Source: the human T2T-CHM13v2.0 reference genome, Homo sapiens
Strand: one strand, 5' to 3'
DNA: 64,000 nucleotides
Assembly: GCF_009914755.1 (NCBI RefSeq)
Contig: NC_060940.1
The notes under the pieces were generated by a model. The model was not told the DNA's origin. It was given only the letters and a program-made list of their open reading frames with translations, and searched no databases. Shown here piece by piece: positions 26,583 to 39,165 of this stretch. Within the stretch, counting starts at the first letter, position 1. Each line of letters starts with the position of its first letter. The position numbers and the translations under genes were made by a program.

Positions 26583-27401
26583 TTCTCTGTGAGCGGGGAT
26601 TAGAGAGAGAGTGGAACTTGGGGAACAACTGGGAGGGACTAAAAGAACTGGGAAAGTGGGAGGGACGTGGTCAAGGAAGAGAATGAGCACCCTTTTCTGA
26701 ACCACTTAAATAAATCTGAATGCAGACTGTGTTTGAAAAGAGCTGCTTCAAGGGGCTCATCTGTGATTCCTTGAAAAATCACCAGGCTTGGTACTAGGCA
26801 CTGGCACCTGAAGTCAGGGGTTTTTGATTCCCTGGCAGTCCAACCTGTATTTCCCAAGGGCCCTCTACTCCTCTGAGGCTCAGTATTCTCTCCACCTGGC
26901 AGGATAGGGCCCTTGGCAAGATGGAGCCTGGTCCCAGGAGAAGGTGCACCTCTGTGACGATGTCGTCCCTGTGGCCACCTGTCAGTGCTTTTCCCATCTG
27001 GTTGGCAGATCAGAGAGAGAAAGAGAATGTGGGGGCTGGAGGAGGGGGGCCCAGACCATCTGATCCATTCCCATTTATTGCAGATGGGCAAGTGGGACTG
27101 ATGCCTAGAGAGGGTAAAGGACCTACCTAAGGAAACACAGCAAGGCGTTGACGGATGTCTGCTTTAAAAAAAAAAATGTTTCCTTTACTATTGCTCATCT
27201 TTTGATGCATCCTCCCTCCTGCAGCCTCTCCTACAAAAATAAAAAAAATTCCACAAAAGCTTAGCAAGGGCTTCCTAATGCTTGCTGTAACATAATTGAC
27301 CCTCTTGAGCCTCGTAGCTCTGAGAAGTTCATGGATCTTCAGAAATGCGCCCAGTAAGACGAATAGTGTTTCTGTCTAGAGAGAGTGGCTCTAATGAGTC
27401 A

Positions 27402-27665
27402 GGCATTTCCCAGGTTCATATCCTTTGGAATTCGGTTCTGTGAGCTTTAAACTTGTGTTCTATACCTCCCCTCAGAAGAGTTGTAAGGTCAAGCAAGTGT
27501 AGAAAATGCTGCCTGCTACAAAAACTCTTGGAGAGACACAATGGACTTTAGCATATTAAAGCCTCTGAGAAGTTCTATAATTAACAAAAATCCAACAGCT
27601 CTTTTTGTGTAATTCAGTTTCCCACACTTGTTTGACCTCAGAACTCTTTTTGCATGAAAAACTAT
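27402..27665. mobile_element. hAT-Charlie-type fossil (MER112-like, subfamily uncertain)
   Basis: ttagcatattaaagcctctgagaagt...tttcccacacttgtttgacc resembles the recalled consensus. Confidence 0.5.
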
Positions 27666-28094
27666 TGGCCTCTCACAGAGCTGGTCTTCCTCCAACCACA
27701 GACCCAACAGACCACTCACACAAGGGAGTACTCAGCACTTACTTTTCATTTTATACAGTTATGGCTTTTTGTTATTTCAGTATAAAATACGTTGGAAAAA
27801 AAACATGACATATAATAGGCCTCCTCAAAAGGGGTTGGGGTGAAGCGCCCTCCAACTAACTTTTTACTTCTTATAACCAGAAAGACAAAAGACAGCTTCA
27901 CGAAGACATCTCTTCTTCTTTATATCCTTGTGATTCTATTTTTATTGCTCTAAGAGCCTATAGGCCATTTCCATTTTGTGAGTACAATAAAACATGCCCC
28001 TTACTCAAATGGCTTTCAAGACAGGCCGGAAGGACTTCACCATAAGGAAAATGCATCTATGACACTCCTGTAGCTTGGGAGGTGGAGTATCATT

Positions 28095-28426
28095 GCACTG
28101 AATGGATTTGAATCCTGCCATCACCAGGCATCATTACTTAATCTAGCTGTGTCTGTTTTCTCATCTGTAAAATGGAGTGCTCATAGTACCTGGCTAAAGT
28201 TGTTTTGAGGATTATATGAGATCTGTGTTTAACATTTAGAATGGGGTCCGATACAAAGCCGATACTTACCTGTTACTGCTATTATCATAGAATGAGAGCT
28301 CTGTGTAGGCAGTGACTTTGTTTTGTTCACTATTTACATGCCCCAGTGTCTAGAACAGGGATTAGCACATAGTAGGTGCTTAGTAAAGTTTGGTTGGATG
28401 AATAAGTGAATGAAAAAATGAATGGA
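28095..28426 (+). mobile_element. MIR followed by an L2 3' end
   Basis: ttttctcatctgtaaaatgg (MIR); gcacatagtaggtgcttagtaaag...gaatgaa (L2). Confidence 0.85.
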
Positions 28427-31400
28427 AGGTCTTCTATGTATGGAGAGCAATACACGTTTCTGAGAGTCAGATTCTAGCAGAGAAGGCACCAGATTAAAAG
28501 TGAGCTGCTTGCTGTAGGCCAAGGCTTTTGCTTCCTCTGCCGTGTCCTCTCTGTGTATGAATGAGAAGCCAGCACCCATAAGGATGCAAGTCATGGTGTG
28601 GAACTCAGAAGCAGAGCGTGAGGTGATTTCCTGGAAGGTGGCAGTGTCATCTGAATGTTTCAGGCCTCAAGAATCCAAGCTTGTGGATTTCTATTCCTGG
28701 TTACTACAGGCAGGTCTGTGTCTGCCCAGCCAGAGAGTTGCCACCATTTACCCTTGGAGCCTCCCAGCGAAGATGCTGCCCATGGAGCTGCTTTTGAAGG
28801 GGGAGTGCTTCTAGCTGTCTGAGGCAGGCTGAGGGCCCCTTGGCCACCTTGACACTCTTGTTCCCCAAAGGCTCCATGCCCCCTTGTCTGTGGGTTGGCA
28901 CCACATAATGACATGTTAACCCTTGGCCTGCTGATGTTGATTTTACCTTCTCTTGAGGGAATATAACCAAGGCACTGGACCAAAATAAACAGCCCAGATG
29001 CTGTGCTGACCCGGCTCTGCTGGGAAGCATGGTATTGATTTGCCCCCAGCCTCTCTACCTTCAGTAACCTCATCTCTGCCTGAGGCTCCTAAGCTGGGAG
29101 GTTGATTCACTTCTTTCCTTGGCAGTGTATTCACCCAAACACCCACACCCACTTTGTTTATATTCCTAAAGAAGCCAGCATTAGCTATTTTTAAGGACTG
29201 TGAGTGGCCCTAGGTGCCCAACCCTCCTGGTCTGGCTGTAGGCAGGAGGTGACACCCCAAGGAGAGTCTACCTGTCTCAACCTCTCTGGTGGGAAAACCC
29301 AGTAGCCACCAGCCTAGGGAATGCCAAAGGCCTAAGCAAACACTTGTGCAGCCAGCCAGCCTCATGGCCTTGGCCCTCTGGCCAGAATGCCCTTAGGCTG
29401 AGGGTACTCATGGTTGGTGGGGTGGGGCAGTTCAGACTGATCTCCAAAGAGGGGATTGACAGACATGCTCGGGGCCTGCAGCTGAATACTGTCTTTAGGG
29501 AAGTGCAGCTGGAAAGAGGGTTTAGCTGTGATTCAGCCAGGCCTGCAGTTCCTCAGCCTTGCCCATGAGGCTCTAATAGCCAGTTTAAGGAGAGCTCACT
29601 GAAAGTCTGCATGAACCCATGAACTGTTTCACAGCTGACCCAGCTTCCCAGTTCTGCAGCTTCCATTTTCCCCTGTCCCTGGGTGGTTTGCTTCTCAAAT
29701 CCAGGGAGTCTTCTCCGAGGGTACAGGAGTTTTTGAGGGAGTGTGGTTCAGAATGGGACCAGCCCCTTCCCCTCTGGTTCCCCCCCAACTCCTATTCCAG
29801 TGACCACATTGGGCATGCAGGGGGCCCTTTCCAACTCAAAGATCCTCCAAGAGAAAACATTCTAGCCTTAAAAATTGAGGAAAACAGTCTACCTCTGTCC
29901 CCCTGGTCATCTGCTTGAGCCAGAGAATCTGTTTCACTTTGGGGGTGGGCAGTGTGTGGCCATCGGGAGCTACACTGGCTATTTGCTTGCCCCAGTGGCT
30001 AGTTAATGTTCAGCCACCAGCTGCCTGTGAAAATGCTGTTTATGTCTTTCTTACCCCACAGCCCCTCGGGGAGTTTAAATAAGGTGCTGCGGCACTTGAG
30101 TTCTGCAAAAGACACCTATTCGCTGACCAGACAAAGATGCTTAGCCACAACTCACAACTCTCAGGGTGCAGTTCGAAGAGGAGGAAGCAGCATGGCATAT
30201 AAAGCTCATGCTCCCTTGAAGGCTGGTGATTGAGACAAGTTATGTCTTCTAGCATTTGACTCCCTCAAAGAGATTGCAGGACTTCCCTCTGATTGCAGGT
30301 GGCTCAATCCACTCAGATCACCTAGAAACTTGATAGAGATTTAGAATCTTAAAGAAGACAGAAGCTTAGACAGAGCATGTAGCCCAGCCCATCAACAGAT
30401 GAAGAAGTTGAATCCTGCAGGGACTACAAGGAGGTAGGTAGAGCTAGCAGAACTGAAGGCCGGCGGGACACTACGCAGTCCAGGCAAGGGGCTCTGCTGC
30501 TGCAGCCTGTGCCTGTCTACCATTTCCCTTTGGCTCCTGGCACCTGCCTGGTCAGTTCTCCTCGACATCCCCTGAGAGCACAACCAGTCTGACAATTGTT
30601 CCTAAAGGCAGTGCTCCTAGGGGAATGCCTGCTGAGAGGGAGGCTTTCATTTAACATGGGACTTGGGTGGAAATGCGGAGTGTGTCCTATCCTCCCAGGC
30701 CTCCCTGGATAATCTGTCAGGACTGTCCTGCTGTGCAGCCAACAGCCTCTGTGTCCTTACTCTGCTGGGATCACCCAGCCCTGCCTGGGAGCTAAGAGAG
30801 TGGCCCAGCCTTGTAGGTAGCCACTTGCCCTTTGGATTAAGATGAATATGCATGATTCTGGCAGGAGATAAGATATTTATCTTATTTATTTGACATGCAT
30901 GGATTTCTTGGCTCTGTGTGAAGTAGGAAGGGAAATGGAGTGGTGGAAGTTGGTAGATGGGCATTTTATGTACACGACTTGGACCTTTATCATTTGAAAT
31001 TTTCACAAAGGGGGATCAAGGCTCTCCCGTTTTCACTGAGATGGTGATTCTTTGAGTCATAGCCTATTTTGACTTGGAGAAGCTGGGTACCAGGTCTCCA
31101 CTCAAGTTCAGGCAGTCATTCTTGGTTTCACTTCTCAGGTAAAGAGGCATGTTCTCCCATTATTGCTTCTGAGATCTTTCCTAAAGATGATGAACTGGTT
31201 GACCTTTGCTGACAAGTCCACATTAGTCTGCTGTGGGGAGAAGAAGTGAGTGGTGTGGGCAATTCTGGCTGAAGTTTAAATTGCAGAATTGAACCTTAGA
31301 TATGAGTTTCATAGTAGATGTGTTGGAGAAAAGAGAGCCTGGGTTAACTGTATCTTTTCTAGTCCCTTCACAAAACACAGGCACGCACACACATACAGAA

Positions 31401-31959
31401 GGAGAGAGAGACAGAGAAAGAGATCATTCAGTTTGAATCCATAGAATTGACCCTGGGAGGTAGATTAGAAGAGAGAAAGGGAAAGTGGAGGTGGCTTTCT
31501 TAGGAGCTTTAGACATTTCCAGGTATGACTTCCAGATAGGTCTGGACCTCAGTGTTCCAGGCCAACCCAGTCAAGTTCATATTGGCCAACATCAGAGAGA
31601 CGAAGTACCAGTCTTAGGTCACCCTGCAAAAAAACCTGACTCCCAGTCCAGTGCCCTTTTCACTCTACTATGTTACTTCTTTCCTAGAGTGACCTTTCCA
31701 AGCTAGTCCATGGCTCACCAGAGCAAATTGGTCTCGTGGCATTATAGTTACACCAGCGCTTTGTTTCCAAACGCAGTGATCCTCTGTAATCGCCAAATAC
31801 CTATGGCTTTGAGGGACTTTTGAACACAAAGGCAGACTCACCAAGAGAAAACAAAGTCTCATCACCATTTAAAGTTTTCAGATTCTGAATACATTCTGAA
31901 AATGGCAGTTAGAAGTGCTTTAGCCAAGGGCCGTGTCCCAGGAACGTGTAGGATTGTGC

Positions 31960-32180
31960 ATTTGGATATCTGTGTCTAGCTTCATCACTTATTGCTGGGT
32001 GATCCTGGATAAGTTTACTTAATTTATCTGTGCCTCAGTAGCCTCATCTGTAAGAGTAGAATTATAATAGAACTTAGGTCATAAAATTTTTGTGAGGATT
32101 AAGTGGAATGCTGTACATGAAGTACTTAGCACATTGCTTAGCACAAAATGAGTACTCAAAAATATTTACTATCAGTATTT
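31960..32180 (+). mobile_element. MIR
   Basis: ctgtgcctcagtagcctcatctgtaaga...tgtgaggattaagtgg...gtacttagcaca. Confidence 0.88.
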
Positions 32181-32203
32181 TATTCTTTTGTTTTCAGGTA
32201 AGT
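32176..32203 (+). other. Candidate recursive splice site (3' splice site abutting a consensus 5' splice site)
   Basis: tattttattcttttgttttCAG|GTAAGT, junction 32197/32198. Motif only. Confidence 0.3.
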
Positions 32204-32313
32204 CTCTCTTATAATTGTACATGCTATCAACCAGTGCAAATTAATATGGTATCAAGAATATGAAGAATCAAAAGACTAAAGAGTAATGACATTAGCTGGT
32301 GGGGTTTATGCAG

Positions 32314-32450
32314 TCATTCGTTAAACAGATATTTGTTAAGCATCATCTATGTACCTGACATGGAGCTGAATATTGGAGCTGAGTAAGATAGATGTGATCT
32401 TACCTTCATGAACCCCTCCTCTTGTAGGGGAGACAGACATTTAATGAGTA
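32314..32450 (-). mobile_element. L2 3' end fragment
   Basis: tcattcgttaaacagatatttgttaagcatcatctatgtacc. Confidence 0.75.
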
Positions 32451-33764
32451 ACTACGGCTGTGCAGAGCAATGCCACAGGATGCCTGTATCTGAAAGAGAA
32501 AGGAGAGGAAGGAGAGAGGAGAAACCATGCGTTCTGGTGGCCACCCCACTGCTGCAACCAGAAGAACACAGCCATCTCCCTGGAAATCATTCTGATAAAT
32601 TTAACTCTAGGGGAAAAACACAGCCGGTCCATTTCCAAACTGGAATTCTCCCCCCATGTGTTTTTGGGAAGCACAGATGCCTTGGCGTTTTCCCTCTAAC
32701 AATAACAGAGATTGTTCACAATTATGAATGGTTTTGGTTGACTTCAGCTCCAACAAAACCATGAATCATTTCATAACTTCTGAAATTGCAAAGAAATAAC
32801 AAACACTCTGGCTCCAGAAAAAAAAAATGGACACATTATGAAGCACAAAGTCGTCTAAATGAAAATGTGAATTCTTTTTTGTTTGTTTAGCAGCTGCACG
32901 TTGCAAGGCCAGCTGGCAACGGATAAAAGACCCAAGTTAGTGTCTAGGTTCCTGGGGTACCACTTGTATAGTCTCATCTGTGGGATCCGTAACCAGCTAT
33001 GATATAAACTTCGTTCTCCATCTTTCTCAAAACTTTGGGCCAGCAGCATTATTTCATACATTTTACAATATTCTGAGAAAGCGAGAGTGAAAGGAGGTGC
33101 TTGGGCTGAGGCTCGTGACAGAGGGTCTCCATCATGGGTCCCATCACAGATCCCCCCCCGCCCGCCCCACACACATTTGTGGGACGACTTTTTTTCAGCA
33201 GGCCTGCTGCATCCTCCTGATATCTAGCCACAAGAGGAGGTTTTCAAAACGTGGGACCAAGAGGATCAGGCTTCCCCCAGTCTGACAGCCTCTGAGGTAC
33301 CAACAAGGCCTGGCATTGGAGCAAGGTTGGCTACTCCTCTTCTCTCTTAATCCAGAAAACTGCATCCTTTCCTAAAGGCTGGAGACACACAGCTATCCTT
33401 GATTGCAGTCCAGTCTTGCCTGTGCACGTGGCCAGAGGCACAGCGGGTTCTAACACCTTGGGGCTGAGACCAGATTGGAGAGTGGGGGACAAGCACATGA
33501 CCACAGCACCACAGTCACAGAGTCTTCCTCCCCACCTTGTTGACTTTCTTTTTTCATGTTAATAATGTCAACATAGTGGTGGCCATCCCACTGCTGCAAG
33601 AACATTTGTTGGAAAGATACTTCTTTTGGAAAACAGGCTCAGGGGAGCAATTGTTCCCCCTCAAGTCTGCCTGCACTCCTGATCTCTTTCCACGCTGCAG
33701 GGTACACAGCAGACAGCAGTAGACTCAGGCCCATTGGCATAGCATGTGCTTCCCACACACGCAT

Positions 33765-34060
33765 TTTTTAAAGTAATAATTTTGTTACACAATTAATGCT
33801 TATTTCTCATAGATAATGTAGGATATACAGACTTTAAAATGGAAGAAAATAAATATAGCCTATATTTCTATTACTCAGAGCGAATCATAATTTGCGTTTG
33901 GGTATATATGTTTCTAGACTTCTTTCAATGCATGTGTATGTGTTTTTAAACAAAAGCTAGTATCAAACTGAACACATAATTTTATTGGCCCTCTTTACTC
34001 TCACTGTACACTCTGAACATTTTCCCATATCTACATATATGATTGCATATCACTTTATGC
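33765..34060 (-). mobile_element. Very old L1 (L1ME-type) 3' fragment
   Basis: AT-rich segment with ttttaaacaaaa...tgaacattttcccat motifs. Confidence 0.5.
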
Positions 34061-36544
34061 CCTGCAGACATCTCTGTAAATCTCTGGAAGATTTTTCCTT
34101 TTGTGTCCTTCTCCCTACCATCAGAGATGGAGACAATAGAAAATACACTTCAGTGTCACATCACAGACTCACATCTTGAGCACTGATGTAAGTTTTGCAC
34201 TAGCCCATCACAGGCACTCTGCCTGAGACCCTTCCTGCTTTAGCTGTGATTATGAGTGCCCAGTTCATCAGCCAATTCATTGCCAAGGTAGAGCCTAGCT
34301 CTGTAAAATGCCCACAAGCTTTGGCAGCATGAAAACCATGCAAAGTTGCATTGATGCTACTCACAAGCCCCAAATAGGTGGTCTCAAAAGAGAAAAAAGA
34401 CTTATGTTTTAATAAAACTCCCTTTAATAATTAGGTGCTTTAATAAAAGGCCACTTGGGTCACTGTCTGCCTCCTCAGCCTAGACTTCCTGCAGTTGGAA
34501 AAAACCTTCCAAGGACAGAGAGGGTTCTAGGGACATACTGGACAGGCCCTGTTCCCAGCCGCTGAGCCCACAGGGACTGACAAGGCACCACCCCATAAGA
34601 ATGTCTGTACCCTTTTGGAGCCTACATCTGTAGGTGCTGAGGCATCACATTCTTCAGGTTCTAATGAAGAATTATTGCAGTGATGAGTTGTAGAAATAAT
34701 CATTTAATGTTTATTATTCTGAGGAAAATTTAAGAATTTCTGTATTCAGAGCAGATTGACAAATATGGCAACCACTTCACATAATCCACACGCTAGATCC
34801 TTATAAATGTCATTGTTATCACTGGAGCCTCAGCTATGGTTGTCTTTCCCAAGCTGGATGAATAGGACTGCCAGTTATTCACTAAAGATAGAGACAGCAC
34901 ATGGCTTCTCTTAGGCCTGGTTGCTGGGCAGAGGCTATAGCATTGCCTTGGGGTAGGGGGTGCAGGTCTCAGCAACTATCCTTGAGCCCTTCAACAGGGA
35001 GTCCTGTCTCCACAAAGATGTTTATAGGTCAGGCTTTTGAGTCAGAAGAACAACTTGCAGTTGTTTTCTGGGGCCACAGGAGTTGATTGGGTAGGTGGTC
35101 TGGAAAATGAAGAAGCAGGAGGCTTCACATAACACACCCTGGATTTAGGGTGGGGACACAGCCAGCCCCAGTGTAATCTTACAATGGAGATGGGATCTCT
35201 TCCTCAGGTGTGTCTGAAAGCCACCTCAGCAGCCTCCAGGGAAGTGTCCTCTCATTGGTCTCAGCTCAGTGTGTGGAGGGCTCGGGAGTGGTTAGAGGCA
35301 GGCTCATGCAGACACCATTCCCTGGAATGTGCTTGTCTGTATGGTCATGGAAGGATTTTTTCTGCCTCCTCACATCCAAATTCAGCTTAGTAGACTGTTA
35401 TTGGGCACCCGTGCTGGTGCCTTGCCTCTGGTGTCTGGCTGGGGAGGCAGTGTGAACACCAGGGACTTCACATCCCAGGGTGATAGCAGTTTTCAACCAC
35501 TTTCCTAGAACTGCTTGGTTTTTGAACCATGGTGCTGTTTAATGCTTTTATTGAGTGGTGGGTCCCATATGTGTATACATTTGAGCATGTCAGTTTGACA
35601 GCATTTCTTCTCTTGTCTTGAACTTTTATCTGAGCCTCATATCAGAATCGAATTTTTCCCATTTCTCTCAACCTTTGCCAAGTCCTCCATGTAATGCCTA
35701 CACAGGACCTGAAGAGGAACTCCATGGTCTGATTTGGGTTTAATTGGTTGGTCTTAGATTTCCCCTCCCTCTCCAGGCTCAGGGTGCCTCATAGCTGGGC
35801 ACTTAGGGTGACAAGCTTATGAGCTATAGAGCAGGCTGGGGTGTTTATCCTCGTGCACAGTCACGAGGAGAAGGATGCTTATAAAACTAGAACAGGATGA
35901 GACTCTGTGGGATATGGTTTGATTTGCCTCAGCTCAGGAAGCCCACCCCGATGGAGAAGGAGAAGGCAGGTAGAAGCCAAGGGAATGACAGTCAAGGCCA
36001 GGATGCCTCCACAGGGAAGAGTGCTCCTTCCAGGAGGTGGCATCAGCACCGTCCAGCTCTCTCTAGGGCTCCGTACTCTCTGTGTACATGGTGGCCCAGG
36101 CTTTACTTCCTGCTTTTTGGAGTGGGACCTCGAGAACCAAGCAGTCCTGCCACTGCAGCCCAAGCGGAGCATGCAGTTCTTTGCCACAGGCCTTACAGCG
36201 CTCTGACGCTGCTCCCATGGAACTTTTCCCAACCAATTCAGAGCACTTTGAGGGCCACAGTGATGCTGGGAGCCTGTGTTGTGAGTCCCACTGCTATCCA
36301 GGGAAGGCCAGTGTGAATGAGTAGCAGTGCTGGGGAGTAAAGCATCACTTCTCAAGCCCTGTCCTCAGGCTCATGTGCAGCACTAGCGATGCAGCACTGA
36401 CTGCACACAGCATGCCACTCAGTCACTGAGGAGGGGAAGTGAGCCCCTTTTAGTTCTCTTCCAGTGCTTCCCATCGAGTTGAGGAGAGTCCATTGGGCAC
36501 TAGAACAGCTTAATATCCCTCTAAAGCTTGCCAATCTTTTGAAA

Positions 36545-36782
36545 CAAATAGTCTGTTATAGGTTTGTTTGCATTGTATTTGTTTCCATGGTTATCTCCTA
36601 TTTAAAGCAGGTGATACCATTTAAGGCAACAATGTAAAATTTCCTTTTTAAATAATAACAAATAATAATAATATTTGTTTGCAGTGTATAGAATTAAACT
36701 ACCAAGCAAATGAAGCATAATGGTATAGGCTATGGCCAAAAATCATGAGGGTAATGGAGTGACTCAAGTTTGAGAAATGCTG
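36545..36782. mobile_element. hAT-Charlie terminal fragment
   Basis: tatggccaaaaatcatgagggt...gagtgactcaagtttgagaaatgctg resembles a Charlie end. Confidence 0.55.
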
Positions 36783-37286
36783 AACCAGACCTGCTGCTTT
36801 CCTTATCCTGCAGTCCAGTGTCCCTTCGTGACAAGGCATTTGAGAAGGTATTTTGATTGAGTGTATGTTTATACCACTCACAAGGAGGTCCCAGTTACGA
36901 GCCTGTGGGAGCTGGGCATGAGCAGAAGCTGTGCTGCTTGCTGGCAGAAACTGGCCTGAGCTGCAATGGGAAGCTACACTGGGAAGATGAAAAGCCCTGG
37001 CCTCAGAAGCCCTGTACCTGGAAAAGGGCTAAATCCCAGGGTGGTCACTGCTAGTTAGGGGGTGCTGTGTCATTCATTCATCCCACTCTCCTGCCAGCCC
37101 AGGACAGTCTCTGGGGCACAGCAGTGATAGCAGAAATGCTAATAGCAAACATGCATTGGACTCTCACTGCATTCTGGCACTTCACCTGAGTCATTTACTT
37201 CTCATAATGCTGAAAGGTAACAGTGGTAGTGGTAGTAATAAGGGGAGGAGAAGAAGGAAGATGAAAAAAATGTTAATATTTATTGA

Positions 37287-38877
37287 ATATTCACCCCCAA
37301 ATCATTTATAGATTGAACATAATCCCTATCAAAATCCCAGGTGCCTTCTTTGTAGAAATTGACAAGCTGATTCTAAAATTCAAATGGAATTTCAAGAGAT
37401 TCAGAATAGCCAAAACAATCCTGAAAGAGAAGAATAAGGTAGGACTCACACCTCCCAATTTCAAAACTTGCTACAAAGCAATGATAATCAGTACAACATG
37501 GTACTAGCAAAAGAATAGGCATCTAGATCAATGGAGTAGAATTGAGAGTCCAGGAATAAACTTATACATCTATGACCAACTGATCTTTGACAAGGATGTC
37601 AAGATCATTCAGTGAGGAAAGAATAGTGTTTTCAACAAATGGTATTGGGACAACTGGATAGCCACAGGGAAAAGAATAAATTTGGATCCTTATCTCACAC
37701 CATATACAAAAATTAATTCAAAATGGATCAAAGACTTAAACAAAAGAACAAAAACTAAAACATAGGGGTAAATCTTCATGACTTTGGCAAAGCATTCTTA
37801 AATAAAACATCATAAACAACAAAAGAAAAACAATAGATAAATTAGACTTTATCAAAATTTAAAAATTGTATGCTTTAGAGCAGTGGTCCCCAACCCCTGG
37901 GCCACAGACTGGTGGGAACCCACCAGGCCATACAGCAGGAAGTGAGTAGCAGGTGAGTGAGCAAAGCTTCATCTGTATTTACAGCCGCTCCCTATCGCTC
38001 ACATTACTGCCTCAGCTCTGCCTCCTGTTAGATCAGAAGGAGCATTAGATTCTTATAGGAATGGGAACGCTGTTGTGAACTGTACATGCAAGGGATCTAG
38101 GTTGCATGCTTCTTATAAGAATCTAATGCCTGATGATCTGTCACTGTCTCCCATCACCCCTAGACGGGACCATCTAGTTGCAGGAAAACAAGCTCAGGGC
38201 TCCCACTGATTCTACATTATGGTGAGTTATATAATTATTTCATTATATATAGCAATGTAATAATAATAGAAATAAAGTACACAATAAATGTAATGTACTT
38301 GAGTCATCCTGAAACCACTCCATCCCCCACAACCCCAGTCCATGGAAAATTGTCTCCCATGAAATTGGCCCCTGGTTCCAAAAAGGTTGGGGACTGCTGC
38401 TTTAGAGGATATTGTCAGTAAAGTACAAAGACAACCCACAGAGTGGGAAAAAATATTTGCAACTCATATGTCTGATCAGGGATTTGTGCCCAAAATATAT
38501 AAAGAACTCTTACAACTCAATAATAAAAAAACAACCTAACTTAAAAATGGGCAAAGGATCTGAATACACACGCCTCCAAAGACAATATACAAATGACCAA
38601 TAGCACATGAAAAGATGCTTGACGTTATTGGCCATCAGGGAAATGGATGGAGAAAAAAAGTAGATTACTGGTTGCCAAGGAATTGGAGGGAGCCCAGGAG
38701 GGTAGGGGGTGACAGCTAGAGGCTACAGGGTTATTTTTTTTTTAGCAGATATATGTTCCAGAATTGACTATAGTGATGGTTGTACATATCTGTGACTGTA
38801 CCAAAACAAACTAAATTGTATACTCTAAATAGGCAAATTATATGATGTGTGAATTTTATCTCAGTGAAGCTGTTGAA
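37287..38877 (+). mobile_element. 5'-truncated old L1 (L1MB/MC-type) with a nested MER1A and an internal deletion
   Basis: ORF 37283..37507 (IYRLNIIPIKIP..FFVEIDKLILKF.W...RIAKTILK..NK) is clearly L1 ORF2. The L1 3' UTR end is at about 38877. Near-TSD aatatttattga (37275-37286) / aacatttattga (38878-38889). Confidence 0.93.
37881..38399. mobile_element. MER1A hAT-Charlie non-autonomous DNA transposon, full length
   Basis: TIRs cagtggtccccaacc / ggttggggactgctg, a perfect 8-bp TSD ctttagag at 37873-37880 and 38400-38407, 519 bp. Confidence 0.95.
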
Positions 38878-39165
38878 AACATTTATTGAGCTCCAGGCAC
38901 AGTTCTTAAGCATTTTACGTGCATTAACTCATTTGCGGTCACCCAGTGAGGTAGGCCCTGTTATACAAATGTCACCATTTTGCAGCTGAGGAAACTGAGG
39001 CAGAGTTGCCCAGGGCACTATTAATATCTCCTTCTAGTGCATAAGGAAAATGAGGCACAGAGTTTAGAGTTTGTGTTCTGTCTGTGGTCACACAGCTGGT
39101 ACAGCGGAGGCAGAATCACAGTGTGATCCCAGACCCCACTCTTGGCCACTCGCCATGCTATACTA
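38878..39165 (-). mobile_element. MIR fragments
   Basis: ccattttgcagctgaggaaactgaggcagag and aaggaaaatgaggcacagag. Confidence 0.85.

Noticed and set aside
37283-37507. ORF with clear protein homology
   Set aside because: A decayed L1 ORF2 fragment with stops and frameshifts nearby, not a host gene.
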